The notes beneath the pieces were generated by a model. It made no database searches and was not told the origin of the DNA. It saw nothing but the letters and a program-made list of their open reading frames with translations. The position numbers and the translations under genes were made by a program. A DNA stretch of 64,000 bases, taken from contig JAUNBG010000010.1 of the NCBI GenBank assembly GCA_030527205.1, positions 21,556 to 85,555 of the forward strand, in the 5' to 3' direction. The stretch is from Planctomycetia bacterium (GTDB lineage: Bacteria > Planctomycetota > Planctomycetia > Pirellulales > Thermoguttaceae). This document shows, one piece after another, positions 45,991 to 55,578 of this stretch (the first letter of the stretch is position 1; every line of letters begins with the position of its first letter).

Positions 45991-48054
45991 ATGAATTATT
46001 TCAAAATTTGGTTGAGTTTCGGAAAAGTCATTTTATTTATTCAACTCATTATATTGGGATTTTCTGCGAATAATCCTGAACGATCTTTGTTAGGAGAAGA
46101 ATCCGTTCGTTTAACAAGATCGGAAGCGCAAAATTCGAGTCTTTCATACGGAATTTGTGCTCATTTGGGGGGCGGCGAAGAACATCAAATGTTGCCTCAT
46201 AATCTTTTGAAGATTCAAGAAGCGGGAATCAAATGGATTCGAGCCGATTTTTCATGGAACGGCGTCGAGAATCCGAAAGGAGTTTGGCATTTTGAACATT
46301 TGGATCATTTATTTGACGAAATAGAGAAAGTCAATAAAGGACAAGCGAACAACGACGTCAATCGCTTTTCGGACAATAGAGAAAGGGCTCAACTCAACAT
46401 TCTTCCCATTTTGGATTATGACGTTTCCTGGGCTTCGCCTGCTTTTCAACATTTGGATGATTGGAAGGAATATGTTCGCCAAATCGTTTTGCGCTATAAA
46501 GATCGAATGCCGCGAAAATATTTTGAAGTCTGGAACGAACCAAATCTTGAAGGTTTTTGGCGAGCTCAACCCAATGGCGCCGATTATGCTCTCCTTCTTA
46601 AAGCGACTTATGAAACGATTAAAGAAATTGACCCGGAAATACAGGTCGTTTATGGCGGACTTGCCGGCGTTCCCTTCGACTTCTTTGAAGAATCGCTTAA
46701 AGCGGGAGCCGGTTCTTATTTTGATATTCTCAATATTCATCCTTATCGCGGCGGGTTGATTTCTGCTGAGGAAACTCAAAAATTTGTCCAGGAAATTCAA
46801 AAATTCAACCTGCTCTTGAAAAAATATGGCGAACCGGAAAAACCGATCTGGATTACGGAAATGGGCTGGGCAACGCCTCCGAAACTCAATGAAACGGAAC
46901 GCCGTATTCTGGACGCGTCGCTCAAAATTCTTTTTCCGAATCAATGGCAAGGCAAAATTGCTGTTCTAACAGATCAACGATTCGGGCCGTCCATTGGTTT
47001 TCAAGCCGGGATGATCTCGCAATTGATTCCGGAAAAATTCCCTTTTGAGTTGATCAAATTGGAACAAATTCAATCTCTCAACGTTGAAACATATCCCGTT
47101 TTGTATCTTCCGCCTTCGGAATGTTGTCCGACCCCTTTTTTTGATGACTTGGTCGATTATGTCCGCAAAGGGGGAACGCTCATTCTTTTTGGCGGCGTTC
47201 CTCTGTATTATGATATGGCGGAAAAAAACGGTCATATCGTTCAATTAAACCAAACGGTTTCAGAAGAATATCGTTCAAAACTTCGAATCGGCTGGAAAGC
47301 GTTTTGGACTGCGCCGGAAACGCCAAAATCAGCCCCTTTAAAAGTTGACCCGGTTTCTTCAAATGCTTTTGAAGGTTTTTTGCCTGTTCTCGAAGGAACT
47401 CGTTTTTTGACCGATGAGCGTTTGAAAAAAGGAGATCGAATGATTCCCCTTTTGACGGCCCAAACAAAAGATTTTTCGGCTCCTTCTGTTGTTATTTATG
47501 ATTTCAACAGCGATTTTAAGGGAAATCTCATTGTCAGTACTTTATTCAATCCGAGTTGGCATACAAATATATCGACCGTTGATAATCAAGCGATTTTTCT
47601 TCCGCAAGCGATCTTGAGTTCTTTTGCGGCAGGCGTCGACGTTTATTTTTGGTATGAATTTCATTCTCCAGAACGGGACGACAATGACAAAGAACATCAT
47701 TTCGGCATCGTTCATCAAGATTTAACGCCCAAACCTGCCTATTTTGCTTATCAAACCTTAACCAAAGCGAGACCGGCCTTTTCCATTCCGGTTTCTCGAC
47801 CTTTGTTAAATGAAAACAACGTTTGTCTTGTTGAATGGATTCGGCCTGACGGTCAAAAAGGCTGGGCCATTTGGACCCCAGATTCCAAAATTGCTGTTAA
47901 AATTAATTTCGAGGGGCAATTGGAATCCGCATTCAATTATTCAGGAATTCCTCAATCTGTTCGAAATAACGCCCCAATCGAACTTTCGCCAGAAATTCTC
48001 TATTTAATCGGACCGGAAGAAATCAAATTCGACTGGAACGCGTCAATCGAATAA
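45991..48054 (+). CDS. Clan GH-A (TIM-barrel) glycoside hydrolase; family not resolved
   Basis: YFEVWNEPNLEGFW (acid/base NEP) and IWITEMGW (nucleophile Glu). The ATG at 45991 has an AAGGGG upstream and a signal/TM segment downstream. The listed ORF start at 45829 is an upstream extension. Confidence 0.7.
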   Translation: MNYFKIWLSFGKVILFIQLIILGFSANNPERSLLGEESVRLTRSEAQNSSLSYGICAHLGGGEEHQMLPHNLLKIQEAGIKWIRADFSWNGVENPKGVWHFEHLDHLFDEIEKVNKGQANNDVNRFSDNRERAQLNILPILDYDVSWASPAFQHLDDWKEYVRQIVLRYKDRMPRKYFEVWNEPNLEGFWRAQPNGADYALLLKATYETIKEIDPEIQVVYGGLAGVPFDFFEESLKAGAGSYFDILNIHPYRGGLISAEETQKFVQEIQKFNLLLKKYGEPEKPIWITEMGWATPPKLNETERRILDASLKILFPNQWQGKIAVLTDQRFGPSIGFQAGMISQLIPEKFPFELIKLEQIQSLNVETYPVLYLPPSECCPTPFFDDLVDYVRKGGTLILFGGVPLYYDMAEKNGHIVQLNQTVSEEYRSKLRIGWKAFWTAPETPKSAPLKVDPVSSNAFEGFLPVLEGTRFLTDERLKKGDRMIPLLTAQTKDFSAPSVVIYDFNSDFKGNLIVSTLFNPSWHTNISTVDNQAIFLPQAILSSFAAGVDVYFWYEFHSPERDDNDKEHHFGIVHQDLTPKPAYFAYQTLTKARPAFSIPVSRPLLNENNVCLVEWIRPDGQKGWAIWTPDSKIAVKINFEGQLESAFNYSGIPQSVRNNAPIELSPEILYLIGPEEIKFDWNASIE

Positions 48055-48230
48055 CGATACCGATTCCTTTAACTCCAAACCTTTTGAACCCCCTTTGATC
48101 TTTGTTCTCAAATTAAGGCTCAATTAGAATGGTCAAATCTTAAAGCAAAAGTTATCATTTGCAGACAAAACCAATTCTGACTGAGCCAGGTTTGATTTTC
48201 GTAAAGATCGTTATTCATTCTTTTTTCCAA

Positions 48231-48321
48231 CGGAACAATCTGACAATTCTTCTTTTTATGATATGAGAACCAAAGCGCAAGAATGTCGGGATCGCAAGAG
48301 AAACAAGCGAAAAAATCGATC
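48231..48321 (+). repeat. 91-bp inverted duplicate of the ftsK 3' coding end (arm A)
   Basis: 89/91 identical to the reverse complement of 51911-52001. It would encode EQSDNSSFYDMRTKAQECRDRKRNKRKNRS but lacks an upstream ORF. Confidence 0.9.
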
Positions 48322-48341
48322 GAATTCCCCAACAAGTTCAA

Positions 48342-50444
48342 TTATTGCTTTGAGTTTGACCAGACAGGCATTGGACAATTGAGAATGGCGGAAATGGCGC
48401 GAATAAGTTCTCCTTCTGTTTCCGTAATAATTCCGTCGTCGCAAATACAGCAATAAAAAGCGGTCAAAAGTTTCTGTTTTAAAACAGGCGTCGAAAGAGC
48501 AAGTTGTTGAATCGCGGCAAAAAAAGCTTTCGGAGAACATTCCGATCGGGATAACAATTCTGAAGAAAGATAAAAGAATCCAAATGCAGCCAGAAACGCT
48601 TTCTTTTGAGCTTCGGAATCCTCATTTCCATAATAAGCCAGAAACGAGGCAGCAACTCGAAAAGGTTCAATAACTTCTCGAAAAAGAGCAAATCGAATCT
48701 TCGGCGCCGGCGTCAAACCAAAATGTCGATCAAGTCCGTTGAATAACAGCGCCGACAATGTATATTCGAAGATATTGATTCGTTGATCGCAACGAATAAG
48801 TTCATTGACAACAGAACGAAAAGCCTGATAATCGCCTGGCGACAAGTCTTTTAATGCCGGAAGCGCTAACTGAACAATCGGAATTCTTATTTGCGCCGAA
48901 AGGGATTTGATTTGAGTTGAGATTTTTTCGACTTGTTGAAGGAAATCATCCATTTTCTGATCGTTTGAATTTGATGTTCGATTTTCGGAATGACTCGCCC
49001 AATATTTTCCAAGAATGTCTTTCTGTTTTTTCGCTATTTCCGACTTGCTATCAATTAAAAGAGCCCAAATAATATTTTTAGCGTCTTGAGATCGATTAAG
49101 CTGCTCGGAAATTTCAAGAGGAATTGATTCCATTAACGATTCTGCAACGATCAAATTATTTTCGTTGATTTGACCAATGCTGTCAACAATGGCAGCGGCA
49201 ATAACCGCCCCTTTTTGAGCAGAAGGCATTGTATTCTGCGATTGATTGAGGGACACAAACATTGTTGCTTTGGGCAACGATGAACGATCATTAACATTTG
49301 AAAACGGACTATTCGCGTTTTTCGTTTGATCGGAAGAAACGGAATAAGCGGCGTTGTTTTCTTCCAAGTTCAAGTTCACTTGCCCAGCCTCATTCCTCAT
49401 TTTCAATAACTGTTCGGGATATGTCCCGTCAAAATTCGGATCAATTCGTTGAATACGAACGGTTAAATCGGGATGAGTCCGAAACAAAGAAGAAAAAAAG
49501 CCTGGCCGAAAAATATTACCAAAAAACAAATGACTGGTCTCAACAGAATGCGAATGATTGATCATTGAACCAACCCGAGGGCAACCGATTTTCTTCAATG
49601 CGCCGCCGATTCCCAATGGATTTCGCGTAAACTGAACCGCAGACGCGTCGGCCAGAAACTCTCTTTGTCGAGAAACAGCGGCTCGAATCAAATTGCTGAA
49701 AAACATTCCAATCCAACCAATAATGATAATGCCAATTGAAAATAACAGAAGTCCAAGGACAATTGCTTGAGCTTTCCCATCATTATCGCGATCTCTGTCG
49801 CTGGCAAAAGAGATCATAAAAAGATTTCGATAAATAACCAAACCAACAAGAACGATCATCTCAAGCCCGAACAGAACTCCAATCAAGCGAAGATTCATTT
49901 TGGAATCGCCGTTTAAAATATGACTGAATTCATGCGCAATGACTCCTTGCAATTCGTCGCGATTCAAATAATCAAGAGCCCCTTGCGTAACGCCAATAAC
50001 GGAACTTTCTGGCGAAAAACCTGCTGCAAAGGCATTAATTCCTGGTTCTGTCCTTAATAAATAAACATTGGGAACAGGAATCCCGGAAGCAATTGCCATT
50101 TCGTCAACGATATTCAAAAGCCGCTTTTCCTGCGGCGACGTTGTCGAACGATGGATCAGTTCGCCGCCCAAAGAAGTTGCAATTCCGTCCCCTTGAAGTT
50201 GAGAAAGTTGAACAACTTTAAAAAGCGAAGAACAACCAACCAATAAGAGAATGCCAACCGAATCATAAAAAATCAAAAGGGGATTTAACCAAATCGTCCA
50301 ATATGATGTTTTGGATGACACGAAAAAACAATATATAATTAACGAATGTATCGCGAGAAAAATGCAAATCATGGCCAAAATATAAAGAAAAATCAACCAT
50401 TTTGTTTTTCTTCTCGATTGATCTTGATATTCAAAAAAATTCAT
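48342..50444 (-). CDS. M48-family zinc metallopeptidase (HtpX-like) with a large C-terminal domain
   Basis: 700 aa. TM segments flank the HEFSHILNGD (HExxH) motif. It lies downstream of lemA, a common pairing. Confidence 0.8.
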   Translation of the reverse strand: MNFFEYQDQSRRKTKWLIFLYILAMICIFLAIHSLIIYCFFVSSKTSYWTIWLNPLLIFYDSVGILLLVGCSSLFKVVQLSQLQGDGIATSLGGELIHRSTTSPQEKRLLNIVDEMAIASGIPVPNVYLLRTEPGINAFAAGFSPESSVIGVTQGALDYLNRDELQGVIAHEFSHILNGDSKMNLRLIGVLFGLEMIVLVGLVIYRNLFMISFASDRDRDNDGKAQAIVLGLLLFSIGIIIIGWIGMFFSNLIRAAVSRQREFLADASAVQFTRNPLGIGGALKKIGCPRVGSMINHSHSVETSHLFFGNIFRPGFFSSLFRTHPDLTVRIQRIDPNFDGTYPEQLLKMRNEAGQVNLNLEENNAAYSVSSDQTKNANSPFSNVNDRSSLPKATMFVSLNQSQNTMPSAQKGAVIAAAIVDSIGQINENNLIVAESLMESIPLEISEQLNRSQDAKNIIWALLIDSKSEIAKKQKDILGKYWASHSENRTSNSNDQKMDDFLQQVEKISTQIKSLSAQIRIPIVQLALPALKDLSPGDYQAFRSVVNELIRCDQRINIFEYTLSALLFNGLDRHFGLTPAPKIRFALFREVIEPFRVAASFLAYYGNEDSEAQKKAFLAAFGFFYLSSELLSRSECSPKAFFAAIQQLALSTPVLKQKLLTAFYCCICDDGIITETEGELIRAISAILNCPMPVWSNSKQ

Positions 50445-50738
50445 ATTCGCAATCCATAGTTTTTCAAACCGGTTAAGCGTCCTTTTTTGCCCCTAAAATC
50501 AAAAAAACGACAAAAAAACAAGAGGGCAAGTTCATAAAAAGCCCTCATTGAGAGTCATATTCAAGCCTTTTGAAAAGGCCAAACGCTCAATTGGCAACCC
50601 GAACGGCAACGCCAAGCTGATTATGAAAGGGTTAAACGTTGCCCATTCCCCATTTGATAAAAAGGTTATTGTGCCAAATTCTGTCTCAAGGAAAAACGAA
50701 AAGGCAGAAAAACAGAATCAATTAAGAGTTTCAACAAC

Positions 50739-51341
50739 TCAAAAACTGACTTTCGGCGCCTCTTTTTCTGAAGGATTGTTGATCTCGAATAACGACGCTT
50801 CGCTGAATTGAAAAAAGCCTGCAATAATATTGGACGGAAAAACTTCGCGTTGCGTATTATAAAGAGTAACGCCGTCATTATAAGCCTGTCGGGCAAAAGC
50901 GATTTTATTTTCGGTTGACGTTAATTCTTCCTGAAGGGCAAGCATATTTTGATTGGCTTTTAAATCTGGATATGCTTCACAGACAACCATTAAACGGCTC
51001 AACGCTCCTGTCAGTTCGCCTTCGGCGCCAGCCAGCGATTTCATCGCATTGGGATCGCCTGGATTCGTTGCCGCATTTTGGCCGGCATTCATTGCAACAT
51101 TTCTTGCTTGAATAACCGAGGCCAAGGTTTCCTGTTCATGTTTCAGATATCCTTTGACGGTTTCAATTAAGTTTGGTATCAAATCATAACGCCGTTTCAA
51201 TTGAACATCAATTTGAGCAAACGCATTTTTATAGCGATTGCGCAACTGAATCAGGCCATTATAAATACTGATTCCCCAAAACAGAATAATTAAACAGCCC
51301 CCCAACAAGATCAACAGAATTATTAAAATTGCTAAATTCAT
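50739..51341 (-). CDS. lemA: LemA-family protein
   Basis: 200 aa. An N-terminal TM segment, then YNGLIQLRNRYKNAFAQIDVQLKRRYDLIPNLIETVKGY. Confidence 0.9.
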   Translation of the reverse strand: MNLAILIILLILLGGCLIILFWGISIYNGLIQLRNRYKNAFAQIDVQLKRRYDLIPNLIETVKGYLKHEQETLASVIQARNVAMNAGQNAATNPGDPNAMKSLAGAEGELTGALSRLMVVCEAYPDLKANQNMLALQEELTSTENKIAFARQAYNDGVTLYNTQREVFPSNIIAGFFQFSEASLFEINNPSEKEAPKVSF

Positions 51342-51628
51342 TTCTATTCCTTTGTAAATTTTTGTTTGTCAAAAGCAGCGTCATCGAAAAATAAAATATC
51401 GGTTCCAACATTTTATTCTTTTGACTTTATATTTGAAAAAGCCAACATAAATCAAGTCGGCGCTGCCCTTCTTTGCCCTCTTGACGCCAAGACTAACATT
51501 GAGTTAACCGACTTTGACCTGAATTAACTCTTTGTTCCCAAACGAATCATTTTCTTTGCCTTAATTATATAGCAAAAATTTCTCCAAAGCAAGAGAAATA
51601 TGAACTGAATCAATGATTTGTTCTTTTA

Positions 51629-51738
51629 AGGAAGTTCTAAAACCTGTTTTTTACAACAAACTCAATTCAGAAAATGTCGCGAAAACAAATTCCTGCGGAC
51701 GAGACGTCCTCGCTCCCAACGGGTTTTTAGAACTTCCT
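51629..51738 (+). repeat. MITE-like palindromic intergenic element, copy 7 (forward)
   Basis: AGGAAGTTCTAAAAC ... GCGGACGAGACGTCCTCGCTCC ... GGGTTTTTAGAACTTCCT. Confidence 0.9.
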
Positions 51739-51906
51739 TTTAAATAATTGAACTTTGTATTGCAACCTGTCGAGCAACATTTTTTCCTTCAATATTCTTT
51801 TAATCATCGCCTTTTTGAATATCAACACTTATTTTTTATTTTTGTTCAAACCATATAAAACGACTCGTTTATCTAAAAAATCGCTTGATTTTGAAATATT
51901 GTCGCT

Positions 51907-54900
51907 TTAAGATCGATTTTTTCGCTTGTTTCTCTTGCGATCCCGACGTTCTTGCGCCTTGGTTCTCATATCATAAAAAGAAGAATTGTCAGATTGTTCC
52001 GATTGAAATTGCTTTTCTTTTTGTTGTTTGTCCCAAGAATCATAATATTGTTCCCATTGTTCATCTGACCAGCCTTTTTGTTGTTGATCATTTAAATCAT
52101 TTCGATTTTGAGAAGAAAATGAGTTCTTTCCTTTTTGGCGTTTTTTATTTCTGTAATCGCTATTATTGTTATAATCTTCATATTCGTCAATCAAATCGTC
52201 TTCGTATTCATCAAAAAACGAATCTAATTCCTGTTCATTGTTATAACGATAATCGTCATTTTCAAATTGTTCCTGATTCGACTTGGCGTTCCTGGAGAAC
52301 ATTGGCTTCGAATGAAACAAAATTTGACTGTTCGAATTAACAGAATTTTGCGGTTGATTCCGATGATTCAGATTATCTATATCGTTATCAATATCGTTAA
52401 AATTATTGTCATTGTTTTGGCTGTCAAAGTCATCCAAATCGTCTCCATTTCCCGATTGCTTAACGCGATTTGAACCAAAATGATTTAGATCGTTATTTGG
52501 AGAATTTTGATTCAAATAACTCTGATTGTTCGATTGCGAATAAGTTTGTTGAGAAGGACGGAAACGATTTTGAGAGTTATTATTTTGAAGCGAGAGATTC
52601 GATAAGTCCGAACCAGATTCGTTTTGACGGTTTTGCCATTCTTGATAACTGATAATGAGATCGCGCGGTTTGGACGGTTTGAAACGATCAACAGGCGAGA
52701 CGATTCCTTCCTGTTCCATCATTTCGATCATTTTTGCGGCGCGATTATAACCAACGCTGAATTTTCGTTGAATATAAGAAATGCTGGCTTTTCCTTTTTG
52801 AAAAACGGTTTCAACGGCAGCTTCATAATATTCATCCTTTTTCATTTGAATCAAATCATTAACGTCGTCGTCTTCGTCTTCGTCGTTTAACAAATCAATT
52901 TCAGAAATCATTTCCGATTCATCAAGTCCAATGGTCGAGATAACAGATTCGATTTCCTTATCTGAAACAAAGGTTCCCTGACCGCGAATAACCTGACTTG
53001 ATCCCGGTTTAAGAAAGAGCATATCGCCGTTTCCAAGCAATTGCTCAGCCCCTTTGCAATCGAGAACAACCTGACTGTCCGTTCGCGTCGCAACGCCAAA
53101 AGCAATTCGCGCTGGAAGATTCGACTTGATCAATCCAGTTATAACGTCAACAGTCGGTTTTTGCGTTGCAAGGACAAGATGAATTCCGACCGCTCGACTT
53201 TTTTGAGCCAAACGAATGATATGCCGTTCAACCTCTTTTCCCGCCGTCATAACAAGATCGGCCATTTCATCGGCAATGAGAACAATATAGGGCATTGACT
53301 TCGGAATGGCTGCCCATTCTTCTTCTGTTTGCGGTTTCATTCGATTCCGCAATTCGTCCGGAGTCAACTTATTATATTTGGTTATTTGATTGACCCCCGC
53401 CTGAGCAAGCAGCAAATATCGCTGTTCCATTTTTTCAACGGCCCATTCAAGAATCGCTTCCGCTTTCTTCATATCGATGACAACCGGATGCATCAAATGA
53501 GGGATCGTTTTGTAAGGACTCAACTCAACCATTTTGGGGTCAATCATAATCAATCGAACTTCATCCGGGCGACGCGTCATAAGAATCGACATAATGATCG
53601 AATTCAAGCAGACCGATTTTCCTGTTCCTGTTCGACCGGCAATCAATAAATGCGGCAGTTTAGCCAAATCCGTAACCATGGGATCGCCAATAACGTCTTT
53701 GCCCAAAAAAATGGGGATTTCCATTTGATTTGATTCTTCGACGCCCTCTTCCATAACTTCGCGCAAACGAACAAGTTGGCGATCCATATTGGGAAGTTCA
53801 ACGCCAACGGTTCCTTTGCCTGGAATCGGCGAAACGATTCGAACGCTTGGAACTTTCATTGCGATTTCAAGATCGCGCGTCAGCGCATGAATATTTTTAA
53901 CGCGTAAACCTTCCGAAAGAATAATTTCGAATAACGTCAAAACAGGACCGGTTTGAGTATCGACAACTTGAACATCCATTTTATAACTTTTGAAGGCTTT
54001 TTCGAGTTGAATTGCTCTCGCCAACGTTTTTTCATCCAAAACGGTATGATCATATTCTTCTTTTTCCTTGAGTAAATCAATCGGAGGATAATGATATTCC
54101 CGCTTTGGATATTCTTCCGTTTTGGTCAATTGAGTCAAGGATTTGTTTGACGTCGATTTTCCGTCTGACTCATTTTTATTGCTCAAAAAATGATTTGAAT
54201 CCGTTTCAAATGAAGTTGAATGATTCTCGCCCAATTGATTAACAAAACGATCAGGTTGTTCCGGAAAGTCGTTCGAATGAAAATGTTTAGAATCAGTTGA
54301 ATCGGAACCATCAAAACAATCAACATAACCCAAATGTTCAGGATTATCAGAAAGGGAATAAGACTTCGCCTTTTTCGACAACTGATCTGAATAAGCATAA
54401 TCGTTTGGGTTCAACTTAACTGTTGAATCCAATGCGGAAGTCTGGGTTGAGATTTCCGAATCGGTTGGCTTATGAGGTTTCTTTCGATTCTTGGGGCGTT
54501 TATAAAATTGTTTGATCAAATTCAATATAATTTCAGAACATTCATAAATTCCGCTGATAAAAAAGAAATATCGCAGCAAAATAAAATCGCCGATTAAAAT
54601 AGTTCCAGCAATAAAAAGACTGATCAAAAAGATCAAACAGCCAACCGGCACAAAAAAGTGAGACAAATAATAATGCAAAAGGGTTCCCCAATAACCTCCG
54701 GAACCAATGAGAGGCCCCAATGAATTCTGATTGAGCAAAAAAGAGCTCAATCCAGCCAAACCGCTTAAAATAAAAACCATTCCAACGGTTCGAAGGACAG
54801 GATGAGACAGGCCGTCTTTTTTCCAATAAAAAATAAGACTTAAAGCCCCAAAAAACGGAACTAAAAAACCAGCATAACCCAGCAACCCTAAAAGCCAGGC

Positions 54901-55113
54901 AGAAAAGTAAGCGCCAGGAAAACCGCAATAATTCTGAAATTGCTCTGTCGGCGGAAATATTAATCCATTGGGCTTATCGGTCGGGCAATAACTAAAAAGA
55001 CTGATCGAAATAAAGATTAAAATAGCCAACAACAATAAACCAAAGAACAATTTGCCTGTTTTCATTATCTCTTTTTCGTTGATAAAAATAAAAATATAAT
55101 TTGTGAGAACCAT
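51907..55113 (-). CDS. ftsK: DNA translocase FtsK with a 246-aa low-complexity C-terminal extension
   Basis: An N-terminal TM domain, LIAGRTGTGKSVCLNSII Walker A, LIADEMADL, and gamma domain ISYIQRKFSVGYNRAAKMIEMMEQEGIV. An N/Q/D/S-rich tail follows. The ATG at 55065 (MKTGKLFF) is an alternative start. Confidence 0.9.
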   Translation of the reverse strand: MVLTNYIFIFINEKEIMKTGKLFFGLLLLAILIFISISLFSYCPTDKPNGLIFPPTEQFQNYCGFPGAYFSAWLLGLLGYAGFLVPFFGALSLIFYWKKDGLSHPVLRTVGMVFILSGLAGLSSFLLNQNSLGPLIGSGGYWGTLLHYYLSHFFVPVGCLIFLISLFIAGTILIGDFILLRYFFFISGIYECSEIILNLIKQFYKRPKNRKKPHKPTDSEISTQTSALDSTVKLNPNDYAYSDQLSKKAKSYSLSDNPEHLGYVDCFDGSDSTDSKHFHSNDFPEQPDRFVNQLGENHSTSFETDSNHFLSNKNESDGKSTSNKSLTQLTKTEEYPKREYHYPPIDLLKEKEEYDHTVLDEKTLARAIQLEKAFKSYKMDVQVVDTQTGPVLTLFEIILSEGLRVKNIHALTRDLEIAMKVPSVRIVSPIPGKGTVGVELPNMDRQLVRLREVMEEGVEESNQMEIPIFLGKDVIGDPMVTDLAKLPHLLIAGRTGTGKSVCLNSIIMSILMTRRPDEVRLIMIDPKMVELSPYKTIPHLMHPVVIDMKKAEAILEWAVEKMEQRYLLLAQAGVNQITKYNKLTPDELRNRMKPQTEEEWAAIPKSMPYIVLIADEMADLVMTAGKEVERHIIRLAQKSRAVGIHLVLATQKPTVDVITGLIKSNLPARIAFGVATRTDSQVVLDCKGAEQLLGNGDMLFLKPGSSQVIRGQGTFVSDKEIESVISTIGLDESEMISEIDLLNDEDEDDDVNDLIQMKKDEYYEAAVETVFQKGKASISYIQRKFSVGYNRAAKMIEMMEQEGIVSPVDRFKPSKPRDLIISYQEWQNRQNESGSDLSNLSLQNNNSQNRFRPSQQTYSQSNNQSYLNQNSPNNDLNHFGSNRVKQSGNGDDLDDFDSQNNDNNFNDIDNDIDNLNHRNQPQNSVNSNSQILFHSKPMFSRNAKSNQEQFENDDYRYNNEQELDSFFDEYEDDLIDEYEDYNNNSDYRNKKRQKGKNSFSSQNRNDLNDQQQKGWSDEQWEQYYDSWDKQQKEKQFQSEQSDNSSFYDMRTKAQERRDRKRNKRKNRS
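51911..52001 (-). repeat. 91-bp inverted repeat arm B (the genuine ftsK 3' end)
   Basis: Reverse complement of 48231-48321 with 2 mismatches. It ends one base before the ftsK stop codon. Confidence 0.9.
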
Positions 55114-55290
55114 TTATTCGGAATATCTGTTCTTCCCAAGCCAATTGAAACGTCCGAATTTCGATTTTGAAAGCTTGCCAACATTTTATATTTTAACCTT
55201 CCTCAAAGCATTTTTATAAAAAAATTGAACAAAATGATCAAAATAGATTTTTCATTGTTGAAAACCAGAAATATTTTTAGTAATATATTA

Positions 55291-55398
55291 AGGAAGTTCA
55301 AAATCCCAGATTATTCAACAAACGCATTTCGGACAAAGTCATTGAAACTCGTTTCTGCAGACGAGACGTCCGCGCTCCCAACGGGGTTTAGAACTTCC
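55291..55398 (+). repeat. MITE-like palindromic intergenic element, copy 8 (forward)
   Basis: AGGAAGTTCAAAATC ... CAACAAACGCATTTCGGACAAAGTCATTGAAAC ... GCAGACGAGACGTCCGCGCTCC ... GGGGTTTAGAACTTCC. Confidence 0.9.
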
Positions 55399-55578
55399 AA
55401 ATAATAACAACAACTAACATAAAAGTAAACTCAAATCTCGTTGACAACCCCAAATCCTAAGAATGGCAACCCCGACGATAACGGGTCAATCATTCAAGCC
55501 AAACGCTGTCGCCCTTATCGGCTGCGATATATATAATTTTTGTTGGAATATTCTAGTCTTTTTACAGGAGTAAAACGA

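Noticed and set aside
48120-48341. ORFs 48120-48341 (-) and 51885-52340 (+) share the peptide DFFACFSCDPD.LA.WFSYHKKKNCQIVP, suggesting a small gene family
   Set aside because: Both are the antisense reading of the 91-bp ftsK-tail inverted repeat. The similarity is a by-product of that duplication, and the second ORF lies wholly inside ftsK.
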